From positions 1,674,001 to 1,738,000 of the forward strand of contig JBLDXI010000042.1 in NCBI GenBank assembly GCA_047495785.1: a stretch of DNA of 64,000 bases. Reading direction: 5' to 3'. This document shows, one piece after another, positions 1 to 10,122 of this stretch (the stretch's first letter is position 1; every line of letters begins with the position of its first letter). Source of the stretch: Lepidodermella squamata (Eukaryota; Animalia; Gastrotricha). The position numbers were made by a program, and so were the translations under genes. The notes beneath the pieces were generated by a model that had not been told where the DNA came from, made no database searches, and saw nothing but the letters and a program-made list of their open reading frames with translations.

Positions 1-10
1 ATTTTGCTAG

Positions 11-1554
11 AGATTCAGCGACGAGTCTTCAATATGTGGATATAAATTCCATGTATCCATACGTTCTGTGTAGCAAACAGTTTCCGTGCAATAACATCTC
101 GGCACAAGTATTAAGGTGGCGATTGAACGACGAAAAACTGAGAGCAAAGTTTTTCGACGAAAATGACCCAGCATTTGGCCTAGTTTCTGCGAAGTGTTGT
201 CCGAATCCCAGCCTAATCGTGCCATGTTTGCCTTATAAGTCCCCCGATGACGATCGCCTGGTTTTTATCAGTTGCAGAACATGCTATCTGGAGAAAAACG
301 TGACGACTAGATGCAATCATGACATGGATCAGCGCGCAATTTCCGGAGTTTGGACCAGTGAGGAGCTTCGCATGGCTGTTGTACAATTCGGTTATAACTT
401 GGTCGAGGTATACGAAATATGGCACTTTCCAGACCGTAGCAACTTGCAATTCAGAGAATTCATTCTCTCGCTTCAAAAATTGAAGCTTGAAAACACTGTT
501 CTTGCTCCAACAGTTGACGTCGAGCAATACGTCACCGAATGTCGGGAAAGGTACGGAATCGAGCTCGACCGGCAAACCATGCTGTCGCCGAATGCTTCGA
601 TGAAACAGATTTCCAAGATCCTTCAAAATAGGTAGGTCGATTAAACAATCTTGAAATTAACCCTAATTTATCTCTCAGCTTCTACGGTCGCTTTTGCCTA
701 CGAGCAAATAATTCCGTGGTGAAATATTTGGACTCGCCAGAACAGTTGATCGAGCTTTTTGAAGCTCCAAGCAAGGTTATTCACACAATTCAGCCAGTAG
801 GACCAGATGACGAGCACCAAAAAGTCCGCGTTTCATATTCAGACGCTCCAGAATATGAACAGCCATGCGCTACCAACTCTGAAATTACAGCATCCTTTAT
901 AACTTCTTACGCAAGAATGAAACTTTACGAGGAGGTTCGCAATAATTGGACTAAACGAATTTCAAGCTAATTAACTTTGATTTCAGATGGCCAAGCTGGG
1001 TTCCAGACTTGTATACTGCGACAGTAAGCAAATTCGCTACCTAAATTTCGTAGAATTTTGATAATCTTGTATTACGCAGCCGATTCGTTGATTTACACGC
1101 ACCAAGAGGGTGAATACAAAATTCCAGAGAGTCCATTTCTGGGAGACTTCAAGTCTGAATTGAGCGAGGGAGAATTCATTGAGTCTTGGGTAGCGATTTC
1201 GCCAAAATCCTATTCATTTGTCTCCAACTTGAGGTATAGAATTAATTTTTAGACTTGTTTTTTTTTTAATTAATTTCTTTTAGAACTGAACTCAAGTTTA
1301 AAGGAATAACCCAAAACTTGGCGGGGAAACGGTTGACTCACGAATCTCTAATTAAGCTGCTAACCGACTACCTTAACAATTTTGCTGCTGAAAGTGCGAT
1401 AACTGTCGATCAGACCGTATTTCGTAGGCGTCACGTTCCAGCATCCGTAACTCTTGAAAATATTGAGAAAACAGTATCCCCTCACCTTAATGACAAACGA
1501 ATATTTGATCCTTTGTCATTCACCTCTATCCCTTACGGATATCTTCCTCATTAA
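11..1554 (+). CDS. Protein-primed family B DNA polymerase, C-terminal part; exons 11-631, 679-934, 987-1023, 1080-1233, 1284-1554
   Basis: Motif A is DINSMYP. Removing GT-AG introns 632-678, 935-986, 1024-1079 and 1234-1283 restores KILQNS|FYGRF (motif B), YCDT|DS (motif C), KFKG and the C-terminal SIPYGY. Probable further acceptor at position 10. Confidence 0.95.
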
Positions 1555-1598
1555 AATAATAATACGATTTGATCGCTTTCTCTCGTAGATTTTAGAAA

Positions 1599-2030
1599 AT
1601 GACAAAAAGTATCGCATCGGAGCGTTTAGCGCCTGAGAGCAAGGCCTTGTACGAATTTATCGAAGACGAGGTTACCTGCAGCATCTGCTTGGGAATAATG
1701 ACTTCTCCCGTCTACCTAACAAGTTGTCATCACGTCTATTGCGAATCCTGCCTATGCCGATGGGGCGAGAGATGCCGCGGTTCTGATGCTCGATCTCTTA
1801 TATTCAAAAGAGCGACTTGTCCCAAATGTCGAGAGTTTTACTCGCTGTTGGACATCAATCCTGGACCTGGTGTCGTCGAGCGGCTAGTTTCGCGCATGCT
1901 TTTCAGTTGCATTTATGAAAAGTATGGTTGCTCAGTGAAGCGTGACCATTGGGGCATCAGGGCTCATCAAAGGATCTGCAAGGAGAAAGGAGCTGCTAGT
2001 AAGCGCAAAGTTGCCCAACAGCTTGCATGA
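1599..2030 (+). CDS. RING-HC plus TRAF/Sina-type zinc finger protein (putative E3 ubiquitin ligase)
   Basis: CSIC..CHHVYCESC..CPKC RING, followed by CIYEKYGC..H...C zinc finger. Confidence 0.85.
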   Translation: MTKSIASERLAPESKALYEFIEDEVTCSICLGIMTSPVYLTSCHHVYCESCLCRWGERCRGSDARSLIFKRATCPKCREFYSLLDINPGPGVVERLVSRMLFSCIYEKYGCSVKRDHWGIRAHQRICKEKGAASKRKVAQQLA

Positions 2031-2194
2031 AAAAAAAAAATGCTTGATAATTTAGCGTCAATAATCCAAAGTTGCTCAACAGTTTGCATGTAAATACATC
2101 TCGCATTAACTTCAATAATCCATTAAATTCCAAATATAATATATATTTTTTTAATAATTTTAGAAAATTAAAAATTAAAAATTTCCGCCGAATC

Positions 2195-2571
2195 ATGGTG
2201 ATCGCCAAGTCCTATGCTGCGTATATCAGAACCGACAAAGATCTCCTATTTTATACGCCCTTCAACGAACAAAGCACGACTGATGATATGGCCAAGAGAA
2301 TGCGAGAATTCTGGCCAGCGAACTGGGGCGAAAAGCCTGGGGACATCAAGTTTGAATGCAAAGGCCGATCAATACGGAAGACAGTTCGCCTGTCAAGTAA
2401 GCTTTCCGCCATGCCTGACTAAACTTGAAAGTTTACTCGCTAGGTTTGAGCCGCTTGGTTGGTGGTCGCATGTACGTATTCTATGGGAAGGCGAAACTCG
2501 GGACAGCGACACCTGGAAAGGTGGACTGCCCCGCCTGCGAAAAAGGAGAGTGCATCATGTCAGAATTCTAG
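2195..2571 (+). CDS. UBL3/MUB-like ubiquitin-fold protein, copy 1 (intron 2397-2443)
   Basis: TDDMAKRMREFWPANWGE resembles the UBL3 signature (..VYDNWPMDW). Spliced C-terminus ends ..DCPACEKGECIMSEF*. Confidence 0.65.
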
Positions 2572-2667
2572 GTGGTGAACGCAGTGACTTATCAATTATT
2601 CCCCTCTGTTTATTCACATTAAACAATGTATATAAAATTTTGATTAATCTTAGACGTTACTTTAATC

Positions 2668-3043
2668 ATGGGATTCCGAGAACCCTCTTCATTCGAGTCG
2701 AGCCCTTCACCAGATGATGATCTCGAGATTGGCTATGCCGCAACGCTAATATGGCGGAATAAGGACCAAATAGTCATCCATTGCTGCAAGTCGTTTACTG
2801 TCGACGACATTATCTGGCAATTGTATCACGAGTGGCCCGAAAGTTGGGGCCTTAAACCGGCGTTGAGTAGCATTTACCTGTATCACTGGGGAGTTCCGTT
2901 GAAGCGAGAAGCCCGCCCCATAAGTAAGTTGTGCCAAGATGACCTCAAGCCCGTTTCAATATATCTTTTCAGAATATTGCGAGTACTATGGCCAAGGCGG
3001 TATAGAACTGAAGGTTAAAATCAGTGATGATGACGAGGAGTGA
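2668..3043 (+). CDS. UBL3/MUB-like ubiquitin-fold protein, copy 2 (intron 2924-2972)
   Basis: TVDDIIWQLYHEWPESWG; phase-1 intron at the same position as in copies 1 and 3; spliced end KYCEYYGQGGIELKVKISDDDEE*. Confidence 0.7.
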
Positions 3044-3130
3044 TTGATCGCATCTCTAGTAAATCGAGTCTCTAAGAAGGTTTTTTTTTCTTCTAAAAAT
3101 TAGAGAAATTTAAAACAATATTCAGCGAAC

Positions 3131-3377
3131 ATGAGGCTGCGAATTCGAATTGCAGATGGCCTCGAGCCAACTTTTTGTATCAGAGACATGGGACATTACA
3201 AAGCAAGTAATTTTGCGCTAGTTGAAATTTGCATCTCTTAACTGCTTCTTGCAATAGGAGTTAACAATTCGAAACTTTCCAGGCTATGCTCGCGTTTCCG
3301 TTGGCAACTCGGCGATAGTTAAGATGTATCGCCAATCTGAAACCGTCACCGTTATTTGCATCTATAAGAAGCAATAA
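3131..3377 (+). CDS. Small hypothetical protein (~63 aa), probably spliced (3203-3257, GC donor)
   Basis: ATG follows an acceptor-like TTCAG. MRLRIRIADGLEPTF...|ELTIRNFPGYARV...YKKQ* reads through only with a GC-AG intron; an alternative GT donor gives a different short product. Confidence 0.3.
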
Positions 3378-3433
3378 ATCGCCTTAATTGATTTGTATTG
3401 TGGACATTTTAGATAAATTTGAGAATATATTTG

Positions 3434-3829
3434 ATGGAAACTCCCCGCCCTTCATCTTCGAGCAGCATCGAGTCGCACCACTCGGCTGACTCCATGCGGC
3501 CTTGTGCTCCACGCGAACGCACTGTTGTTCTACGATGGATAGATGGTAGTGAAATCGTCATGCCATTTAGCAAATATTGCACGGTAGCCGATCTCATCTT
3601 CATGCTGTATGAAAAATGGCCGGCAGAATGGGGGGAAAGACCGCAGTACAGGAGACTTTTGCTGTGCGATAGTTACTGCCGAATTCCTAAATTCGCTCGA
3701 ATGATGGGTAAGTTAATGTTTATTAAATTCCACCGTTAAATGACTGAATTTTATTAACCTTAACTTACAGAGCTCGACAGACGATCTGGAAGGACGTTCT
3801 TGTTATTCGTCAAGCTGACAGCATACTGA
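3434..3829 (+). CDS. UBL3/MUB-like ubiquitin-fold protein, copy 3 (intron 3708-3770)
   Basis: VVLRWIDGSEIVMPF..TVADLIFMLYEKWPAEWGE..RLLL; spliced end ELDRRSGRTFLLFVKLTAY*. Confidence 0.7.
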
Positions 3830-3899
3830 CACGGATTAACTAACTAATAACTGTTTGCATGCATCAGCTAAATTTAGGCAGCATTATTACATAGCGAAT

Positions 3900-4211
3900 A
3901 TGGATAGTTTGGATTCCCTCAGCTCATCTGACGATTCATGCGTAGCAGACGATTTCAGCGTCCTTTTAACATGGATGAATGGTGACGAACTCATAATGAG
4001 ATGCCCTCGAACGGATTCTGTTGATGATTTGCTGTCAAGACTCTATGATGACTGGCCAGTGTATGGATGGGGAAGACGACCCGCGGATCCTGCCGTGTTA
4101 GCGCTGAGCAACGCCAGACAATGCTTACCAAGATCCCAACTGCTTATGAGGGATCACACTGGAGATGCTACGGGGCATGTCATCTTGAAGTTTTATGTAC
4201 ATTTGAAGTGA
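3900..4211 (+). CDS. UBL3/MUB-like ubiquitin-fold protein, copy 4 (intronless)
   Basis: LLTWMNGDELIMRCPRTDSVDDLLSRLYDDWPVYGWG...VILKFYV. Confidence 0.7.
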   Translation: MDSLDSLSSSDDSCVADDFSVLLTWMNGDELIMRCPRTDSVDDLLSRLYDDWPVYGWGRRPADPAVLALSNARQCLPRSQLLMRDHTGDATGHVILKFYVHLK

Positions 4212-4385
4212 TTCTCGCAATAGCTTGTATTATCGCCTCAGTATACCTTGTATATCAATCTATAACCTCATTATAAATAGGAATGTAAACTGTTTTTTAG
4301 AGTGATTAGCTTTGTATGTAAAATTGATCCCATCGGCAAATTTAGGCGAGTAATTTAAGGCTTTATATAGCATCAAAAGAGCAAA

Positions 4386-4610
4386 ATGGATTGGGGTAGC
4401 TCATCATCTGATGATTCATGCATAGCCGACGATTTCTGCGTCCTTTTAATCTGGGAGAATGGCAACACACTAACAACGAGGTGCCCTCGAACGGATTCTG
4501 TCGATGATTTACTGTCAAGACTCTACGCTCGGGGTGCGATCTTGGAGCTGCCGGGTTCTGGGGGACCGACTTTGCTTGCTGTATTTATTAAAAGGATTAG
4601 AACTAATTAA
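4386..4610 (+). pseudogene. Truncated duplicate of UBL3-like copy 4
   Basis: DNA closely matches copy 4 up to ..SVDDLLSRLY, then diverges and lacks the WP..W motif. Confidence 0.6.
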
Positions 4611-4649
4611 CCTCATTATATACGAAAGTAAATTTTGTGATTTTTTAGA

Positions 4650-5585
4650 ATGATTAACATGTCATGTAAAATTGATTTCAACTCCGCCATGCATCCGAAT
4701 TTTGCGTGGGCGCTAGTTCGAGGTTCGAAGGTGGGACGCGATTTCAAGCCTCGGGTGACACTACATTGCCCTTATATTTTCAGCCATTTGACCTTCTTCG
4801 AGCCACTAGCAGCAGGTCCAGTGTGTCCCAGTCGATGATGAAAGTGATGTGCATCTCTGACACTCATAACGAAGACATCGTACCACTTGTTAGCAAGCTT
4901 CAGCGATCATCGCAAGCCGACATTTTGATCCATGCTGGAGATGCGACCACGTTCGGTAGTCTTGACGAAGTGAGAAATTTTGATTCTCAGCTTGCGAAAT
5001 TGAGACCGCTGTTTCACCAAGTAATTGTAATCGCTGGAAACCACGATCGCTCCTTACAATACGACCGCAATTTACTGCGCGATAATTGCACCTACTTGCA
5101 GGATAGCTCTGTAAAAGTGAATGGCTTTCTTTTCTACGGCGCTCCATGGTAATTTATAAGGCAATAATCATCGGCTTTGACGTGTGTGCAAAACAGGACA
5201 CCACTCAGCGAGAGCTGCCATTCTGCTTTTACGCTCAACAGAGGCAACGAACTCGGTGAAAAGTGGGCATTGATACCCGCTGAGACGGACGTTTTGGTAA
5301 CACATTGTCCACCGTTAGGTGCTCTGGATCAAACGTCAACAGGTGATCACCTGGGATGTCTCTCACTAGCTTATCATGTCTTGGGTCGGATTCAACCACA
5401 ACTCCATGTTTTCGGCCATTGCCACTACAGTAAGATATATCAAAACAACACACGAATCATATTACAGATTTATTTCAGGTAACGGAGAAATGCAATGTGA
5501 ATATACGCACTTTGTGAATGCGAGCATTTGCGATGATAACAACAGGCTTCAATTCATGCCGAGGCTGGTCGATCTCTACCATTAG
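4650..5585 (+). CDS. MPPED1/2 (239FB)-family metallophosphoesterase; introns 4731-4783, 5149-5196, 5430-5478
   Basis: Calcineurin-like motifs ISDTH, HAGD, AGNHD, VTHCPP, HVFGHCH and FVNASIC become contiguous after splicing. Confidence 0.9.
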
Positions 5586-6550
5586 TCGACCTTTGGAACC
5601 CACGATGACCAATTCCCGCCAGTCTGCTTGGCAATGTGCTCGTTATTCTGCTCACCCGCCGCCGCCTGCTCTTCCTTACTACGTAGCAAACGTGGTGATG
5701 CCGCTACCCGCGGATTAGTCGCGTTCAACGCTCCTGCTCTGACCATGTTTCGAATACGGTCTTGCATTCTCGGACTCAGATTAGCGTTCTTGTTAGTTGC
5801 CTTGTCGAGAAATTCTACCAACTCCCATGAATCTATCAATTGTCCTTCCGAGTTGACGTATTCGATTTTATTTGCAGGCGAAATATAGACTGATTGTGGC
5901 TTTGAACTCCCGCGCAAGTGATTCAAAATTCGAGCTGCAGCAGATTGTTGTGTTTTACTCGGGAAATTTTCGAGGATCCTGCCGTCCGTCAAGTTTACAA
6001 GACTGATTTTATCTTTCGGCTTCGCCTTCTGATCAACTATGTCCTCATCGTTGTTTTGTTGCTCGTCTTGGCTAAACTGCTCTATTTTTGGCGAAGTAGT
6101 ATTACCAATCACCCTGCGTTTGGGAGTGCCGTTGGGCGAAGTCCTGTATTTCTTCGCTAATTTTCGCAAGATTCCGGGCGTTGGTGCAGGGCTTTCGTCC
6201 TCCTGCTCTTCCGCCTCTTCATCTGCCTCCTGCTGCTGCTGCTCCTTTTCCTCGGCTTTACCTTCAAGGATTTTCAATTCCTTTACGACTCGTTGAAACT
6301 CTCGAAACGCAGAGTTGAATTTGTACAGCTTTTCGCGGGCATCTTCGTCGCTGACTTCAGATAACGATGTCAGCAGCTGAGTCGCATTACGTTTAAGATG
6401 ACCTTTTTGCGCAGGTTGAGAGGCTTCCTTTATCAACCGCTTGCTCTCTGCCTCGAGTGCTGATGGTGCTTCCGTTTTATTAGCTTCACTAGAAGATCCA
6501 AGCACAAGAGCGTAACGCTTCGCATGCAGACCAATGTCTGTCGATTTCAT
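5582..6550 (-). CDS. Polinton hypothetical protein (322 aa, coiled-coil/acidic; C-terminal QTGG protease-site motif)
   Basis: Long ORF whose start overlaps the stop of the upstream gene (ATGA); ends KQTGGNWSSWVPKVD. Confidence 0.75.
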   Translation of the reverse strand: MKSTDIGLHAKRYALVLGSSSEANKTEAPSALEAESKRLIKEASQPAQKGHLKRNATQLLTSLSEVSDEDAREKLYKFNSAFREFQRVVKELKILEGKAEEKEQQQQEADEEAEEQEDESPAPTPGILRKLAKKYRTSPNGTPKRRVIGNTTSPKIEQFSQDEQQNNDEDIVDQKAKPKDKISLVNLTDGRILENFPSKTQQSAAARILNHLRGSSKPQSVYISPANKIEYVNSEGQLIDSWELVEFLDKATNKNANLSPRMQDRIRNMVRAGALNATNPRVAASPRLLRSKEEQAAAGEQNNEHIAKQTGGNWSSWVPKVD

Positions 6551-6966
6551 GGTTTTCGGGTTGCCTTAACAATAGCTTCAACGATTGTAGGCAGTATTCC
6601 TATAACAATCCTGCAGATAAACGTCATAGTCGAATTTGAAAAATGCATACCTGCTGCAGCAGATAATAGCGGAACAACGAACGCAGCACCGCCTTTTTGA
6701 ACTATGAATGTTCGGTTACCACTGATTGTTCTGTCACTACTACTCAGTTTTTTGATAGATTTCCTAAATTTACGCAGCTTTGGTGCCAAATTATCCGGAA
6801 TCTGTAGATTTTTGTTGATAAGATTCAGGCAGATTTCACTGATAATTCTGATCACGGAATCAGGAGCTATCGATAATAGCTGTCGTCTTCTGTCGGCTGT
6901 TTTTGCTTTATGAATTTCCCTTAAAAAGCCCAGTACTCGATCAGATTTATTCAATGGCTTACTCAT
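6547..6966 (-). CDS. Virion protein with adenovirus pX/mu-like C-terminus (intron 6600-6650)
   Basis: Removing a 51-bp in-frame GT-AG intron gives QKGGAAFVVPLLSAAAG|ILPTIVEAIV, resembling adenovirus pX GGFLPALIPIIAAAIG. Confidence 0.75.
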   Translation of the reverse strand: MSKPLNKSDRVLGFLREIHKAKTADRRRQLLSIAPDSVIRIISEICLNLINKNLQIPDNLAPKLRKFRKSIKKLSSSDRTISGNRTFIVQKGGAAFVVPLLSAAAGMHFSNSTMTFICRIVIGILPTIVEAIVKATRKP

Positions 6967-7031
6967 GCTTAATAGACATGCTACCAATAATTTAAGAAAA
7001 AAGTCCGTTTCATCTCATTTAAATATACATT

Positions 7032-7768
7032 TTATTTAGGAACATAAATGACACCAGGGTAACTTCCTACCCCGGTTCTGTAACGCATGTATTCAGGACA
7101 GTTAGGACTCAGATCTATTAACAAATAATTGTGACTGCCTTTGCTAGTTTCCATTTCAAAGCTCTCAACTAAAAAGCGCCACCGCAACGGTTCCAGCTGC
7201 AGAGCAAGGTAGCGAAATGCTGTGAGGTCCGCTCGATGCCGAAAAATGAACAAGTATTTCGCATTTAGGGTCATTTCTTTGGAAACTTTTCCCTTACTGA
7301 ATATGGCTTGTTGGGTGAAAAACACTGACAAGTTCATGTGATGAGAGTATCGATAGAATAACTGTAAAATCTTGGGATCGTTTCGACCCGTATCATATAG
7401 ATCATCTATGAGGAGTAAGGTGTGTTTGTCTTCACTATTCTCGAATTCTTCAAAATTGAGTTGTTCCAATCCTTTCCGAAAGTCGATACTTACTCCACGA
7501 ATCCTCTCAACTTCGTCTTTGATTTGCTGATGCATCTTAGTTTCGACGCCGTAAAACCATACGATTCTTTGCGGCGGCGGAGAGATGGACTCGAGATCGC
7601 ACAGAATGCTCCGAATAAGCCATGTTTTACCTGAAAAGTACCTTCTAAATACCAACTATTCAACTTGCTATATATCATACCTGCTCCGCTGGGACCTATT
7701 ACAAGAGAGCAGAATGGAGCTTGCAGACTCAGCGAAAAGTCAGTCTCTGATGGCAAATTGCTTGACAT
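7032..7768 (-). CDS. A32/FtsK-HerA-like genome packaging ATPase (intron 7631-7680)
   Basis: Walker A GPSGAG|KT restored by splicing; Walker B LLLIDD; HHMNLSVFFTQQ motif. Confidence 0.93.
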
Positions 7769-8304
7769 GATTGGCGACCGTCACACGTGGATAATTTGTG
7801 CGCGGCCTTGCTTAGCTTAAATAGCTTTTTCACTTGGTCTACTACAAACTTGTCAGTCTCTGGCGGCATCGGCAGCATCCGCGTAATGCTATTAATTGTT
7901 GCGCCCCGCGATAGCCAATGCAAACTCCAATATGCATAGTACCCACAAACAGCTGATGTATCCCCCTGGTATTTTCTCCCGTTAAAATCATAGTAATCTG
8001 CCCCATTTATGTCCTTTAAAAACTGCTCAATATCTTGATTGTAGAAAAAACCCCGTTGGCCGTAGCTGTCAAATAGTGTTGCGGGTTCATTATTTTGTGG
8101 AACGTATATAGATAGCCAGTGGCGCCCAGGCTGGCCTGCAGCGTCCGTATTTACAATCAAGGCCATCGGCCGATCACTCAGTCTTCGATATTCAGCTAGG
8201 AAATCCCACGGAATTGTCTTTTTAACAGCAAGTTTACTTATTATCTTGTCACAGGCTAATAGACAGTCAAGTTGGAGCGTGTTAAGTTGCTCTGCGGCAT
8301 CCAT
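7729..8304 (-). CDS. Adenain-like cysteine maturation protease
   Basis: IVNTD..PGRHW, FDSYG and Q....VCGYY catalytic motifs. Confidence 0.92.
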   Translation of the reverse strand: MDAAEQLNTLQLDCLLACDKIISKLAVKKTIPWDFLAEYRRLSDRPMALIVNTDAAGQPGRHWLSIYVPQNNEPATLFDSYGQRGFFYNQDIEQFLKDINGADYYDFNGRKYQGDTSAVCGYYAYWSLHWLSRGATINSITRMLPMPPETDKFVVDQVKKLFKLSKAAHKLSTCDGRQSCQAICHQRLTFR

Positions 8305-8307
8305 TTG

Positions 8308-9597
8308 TTACGTAAAGTCGACCAAGACGTTCCTTGCAAAGTTTAGCTCAATGACTTGGTCAGTTTCAAAGTAGCAAAGCAATATAAGATTGTCCTCCAA
8401 TGCCGATTTAAATAATAGGTCTATATTAAGGACCCCAGTTTTCACCAAACTATATGCACTTCGACTCGAATCGGGTGAAAGGTCAAACCCGATGAACGAA
8501 AACCCATCTTTCGAATACTCGGATAGCGTGATACCATTGGTCTTGGCTGAATATGGGAACAGCGTCTCTCTTAGCGCGTTTAACGCTCGAGCCGATTTAT
8601 TACTACCATCTCCGATATCAAGCGGACTGTTGGGTACATGCTCGCTGTCTATCATTACTGAGACGCGCTGCAACCCGGCGTTTTTGAAATCATATGGGCT
8701 GGTGCTAAAATCACCCTTAAAGTCCTTATCGCTCACAAAACACATCACTAATCGTCTTGGAATTTTCCCGATAAGAACATGTCCCAAATTATAATTTAGC
8801 GATCCCTTTTGCAAGTTCAATATCTTGATAAAAGATCTATTAACGCCGTATTTAGCAGTAGTTTTCGTTAGGGTTCGGTTTAACGCCAAAGTGAATTGCG
8901 GGGACACTCGGACACGACGTAATTTCAGCTTGGCATCGGTCACAGTCAACGTGAATTTCTCTTCATCTGTACTTGCCTTCATTAGCACAAATGCATCGGA
9001 AGCCCTAACAAACGTTAGCTTGAAAGGCGTTGCCGGTATCAGGAATTTCGGTTGGGAAAATAGTTCTAAATGCGGCCGACCTATTAGCACCATTTCACCT
9101 TCCTTTGCCCACGCCAACCGCTTAACGTGACCTTTGCCTGCGACGTCGCTCACCTTGCTCGCTTCGTCGGCAAAGTAGCCTTGAAGTGCTAGGTAGCTAT
9201 CCTTAACAGCATGGTCATAGCTTAGAAGTGTTGAAATGTATGCTTTGTAGTTGTAAGTTGGAGCTGGTTCGCTTATTTGCGTGTTATTGATACTCATGTC
9301 TATCTGACTGAACATGCTATGTAATAGCAGGTTGACTGGTGCGCACGTGATCGCCGTTTTTGCCTTGGCTGGGTCCGTGTTTACGACTTTACAGGTAATT
9401 TCAACATACGATCGGCTCAGGTCTGTCCAGTCGTTGCTCGGTGGAACGTCAAAATCAATCCTTGACTGATTAGCTATAGCTGAAACTGGGCCATATTCTG
9501 TAATGTAGTTACTCTCAATCTCTACTTGCGTAGGGTTCAGCGAAAAAACGTTGAGCTCAGCGCGAATAGCGTTCTCAGAAGATGGGTGTACGTACAT
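8308..9597 (-). CDS. Major capsid protein (double jelly-roll, Polinton PY/hexon-like)
   Basis: 429 aa; ELNVFSLNPTQ..IE, PVNLLLHSMFSQID, YNYKAYI and PRRLVMCFV..F.G...SPYDF motifs of animal Polinton MCPs. Confidence 0.9.
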   Translation of the reverse strand: MYVHPSSENAIRAELNVFSLNPTQVEIESNYITEYGPVSAIANQSRIDFDVPPSNDWTDLSRSYVEITCKVVNTDPAKAKTAITCAPVNLLLHSMFSQIDMSINNTQISEPAPTYNYKAYISTLLSYDHAVKDSYLALQGYFADEASKVSDVAGKGHVKRLAWAKEGEMVLIGRPHLELFSQPKFLIPATPFKLTFVRASDAFVLMKASTDEEKFTLTVTDAKLKLRRVRVSPQFTLALNRTLTKTTAKYGVNRSFIKILNLQKGSLNYNLGHVLIGKIPRRLVMCFVSDKDFKGDFSTSPYDFKNAGLQRVSVMIDSEHVPNSPLDIGDGSNKSARALNALRETLFPYSAKTNGITLSEYSKDGFSFIGFDLSPDSSRSAYSLVKTGVLNIDLLFKSALEDNLILLCYFETDQVIELNFARNVLVDFT

Positions 9598-9644
9598 GAT
9601 TACTATTTACTATACATCTCATTCGACGCCTTTAAATACAGTTT

Positions 9645-10116
9645 TCAGAAGTAGACACGTTTCCCTGCCTTCTTTTTACCGACTGCTTTGCTTTTACGCT
9701 TAGCAATGACGCGGCGGCCCCGGCGGCGCCTGCGTCTTCCAGTCCCAATTTGCGATCCTACATTTGCAATGACATCCTTGGCTACTCCCTTTAATCCTTC
9801 CACTGCTCTCCGCTTCAGTATCGTTTTCGGACTGGCGTCCTTATTTTCCAACAAATCGCTTGCGATATTAGCCGTCGTGTGACTCAGATTTCGGAATATC
9901 GGTCCCAGCAATGGAATAATATGATTACGAAAAAATCCGGCGGCTACGCTTCCGAATCCGTTTCCTGTCTATAATAAACTATGCCTAATCAATCTAATAT
10001 TTATCACTTGATGTTACCTGATAAGTAGGGAATACGAGTGATTGACCACGAAACGGTTCTATCCCGTACCCGCTTTGTTGCAACAAAAACGATTCATAAG
10101 CATCTGCTGAATGCAT
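9645..10116 (-). CDS. Core/membrane-lytic precursor (pVI/pVII-like) with Arg/Lys tail; intron 9969-10017
   Basis: Spliced product MHSADAYESFLLQQSGYG...YQ|TGNGFGSVAAGFFRNHIIPLLG...QIGTGRRRRRRGRR; three QxGxG motifs. Confidence 0.8.
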
Positions 10117-10122
10117 GCTTCT

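Noticed and set aside
1-1554. PolB as a frameshifted pseudogene
   Set aside because: Every break is bounded by GT...AG, and removal restores the conserved motifs exactly.
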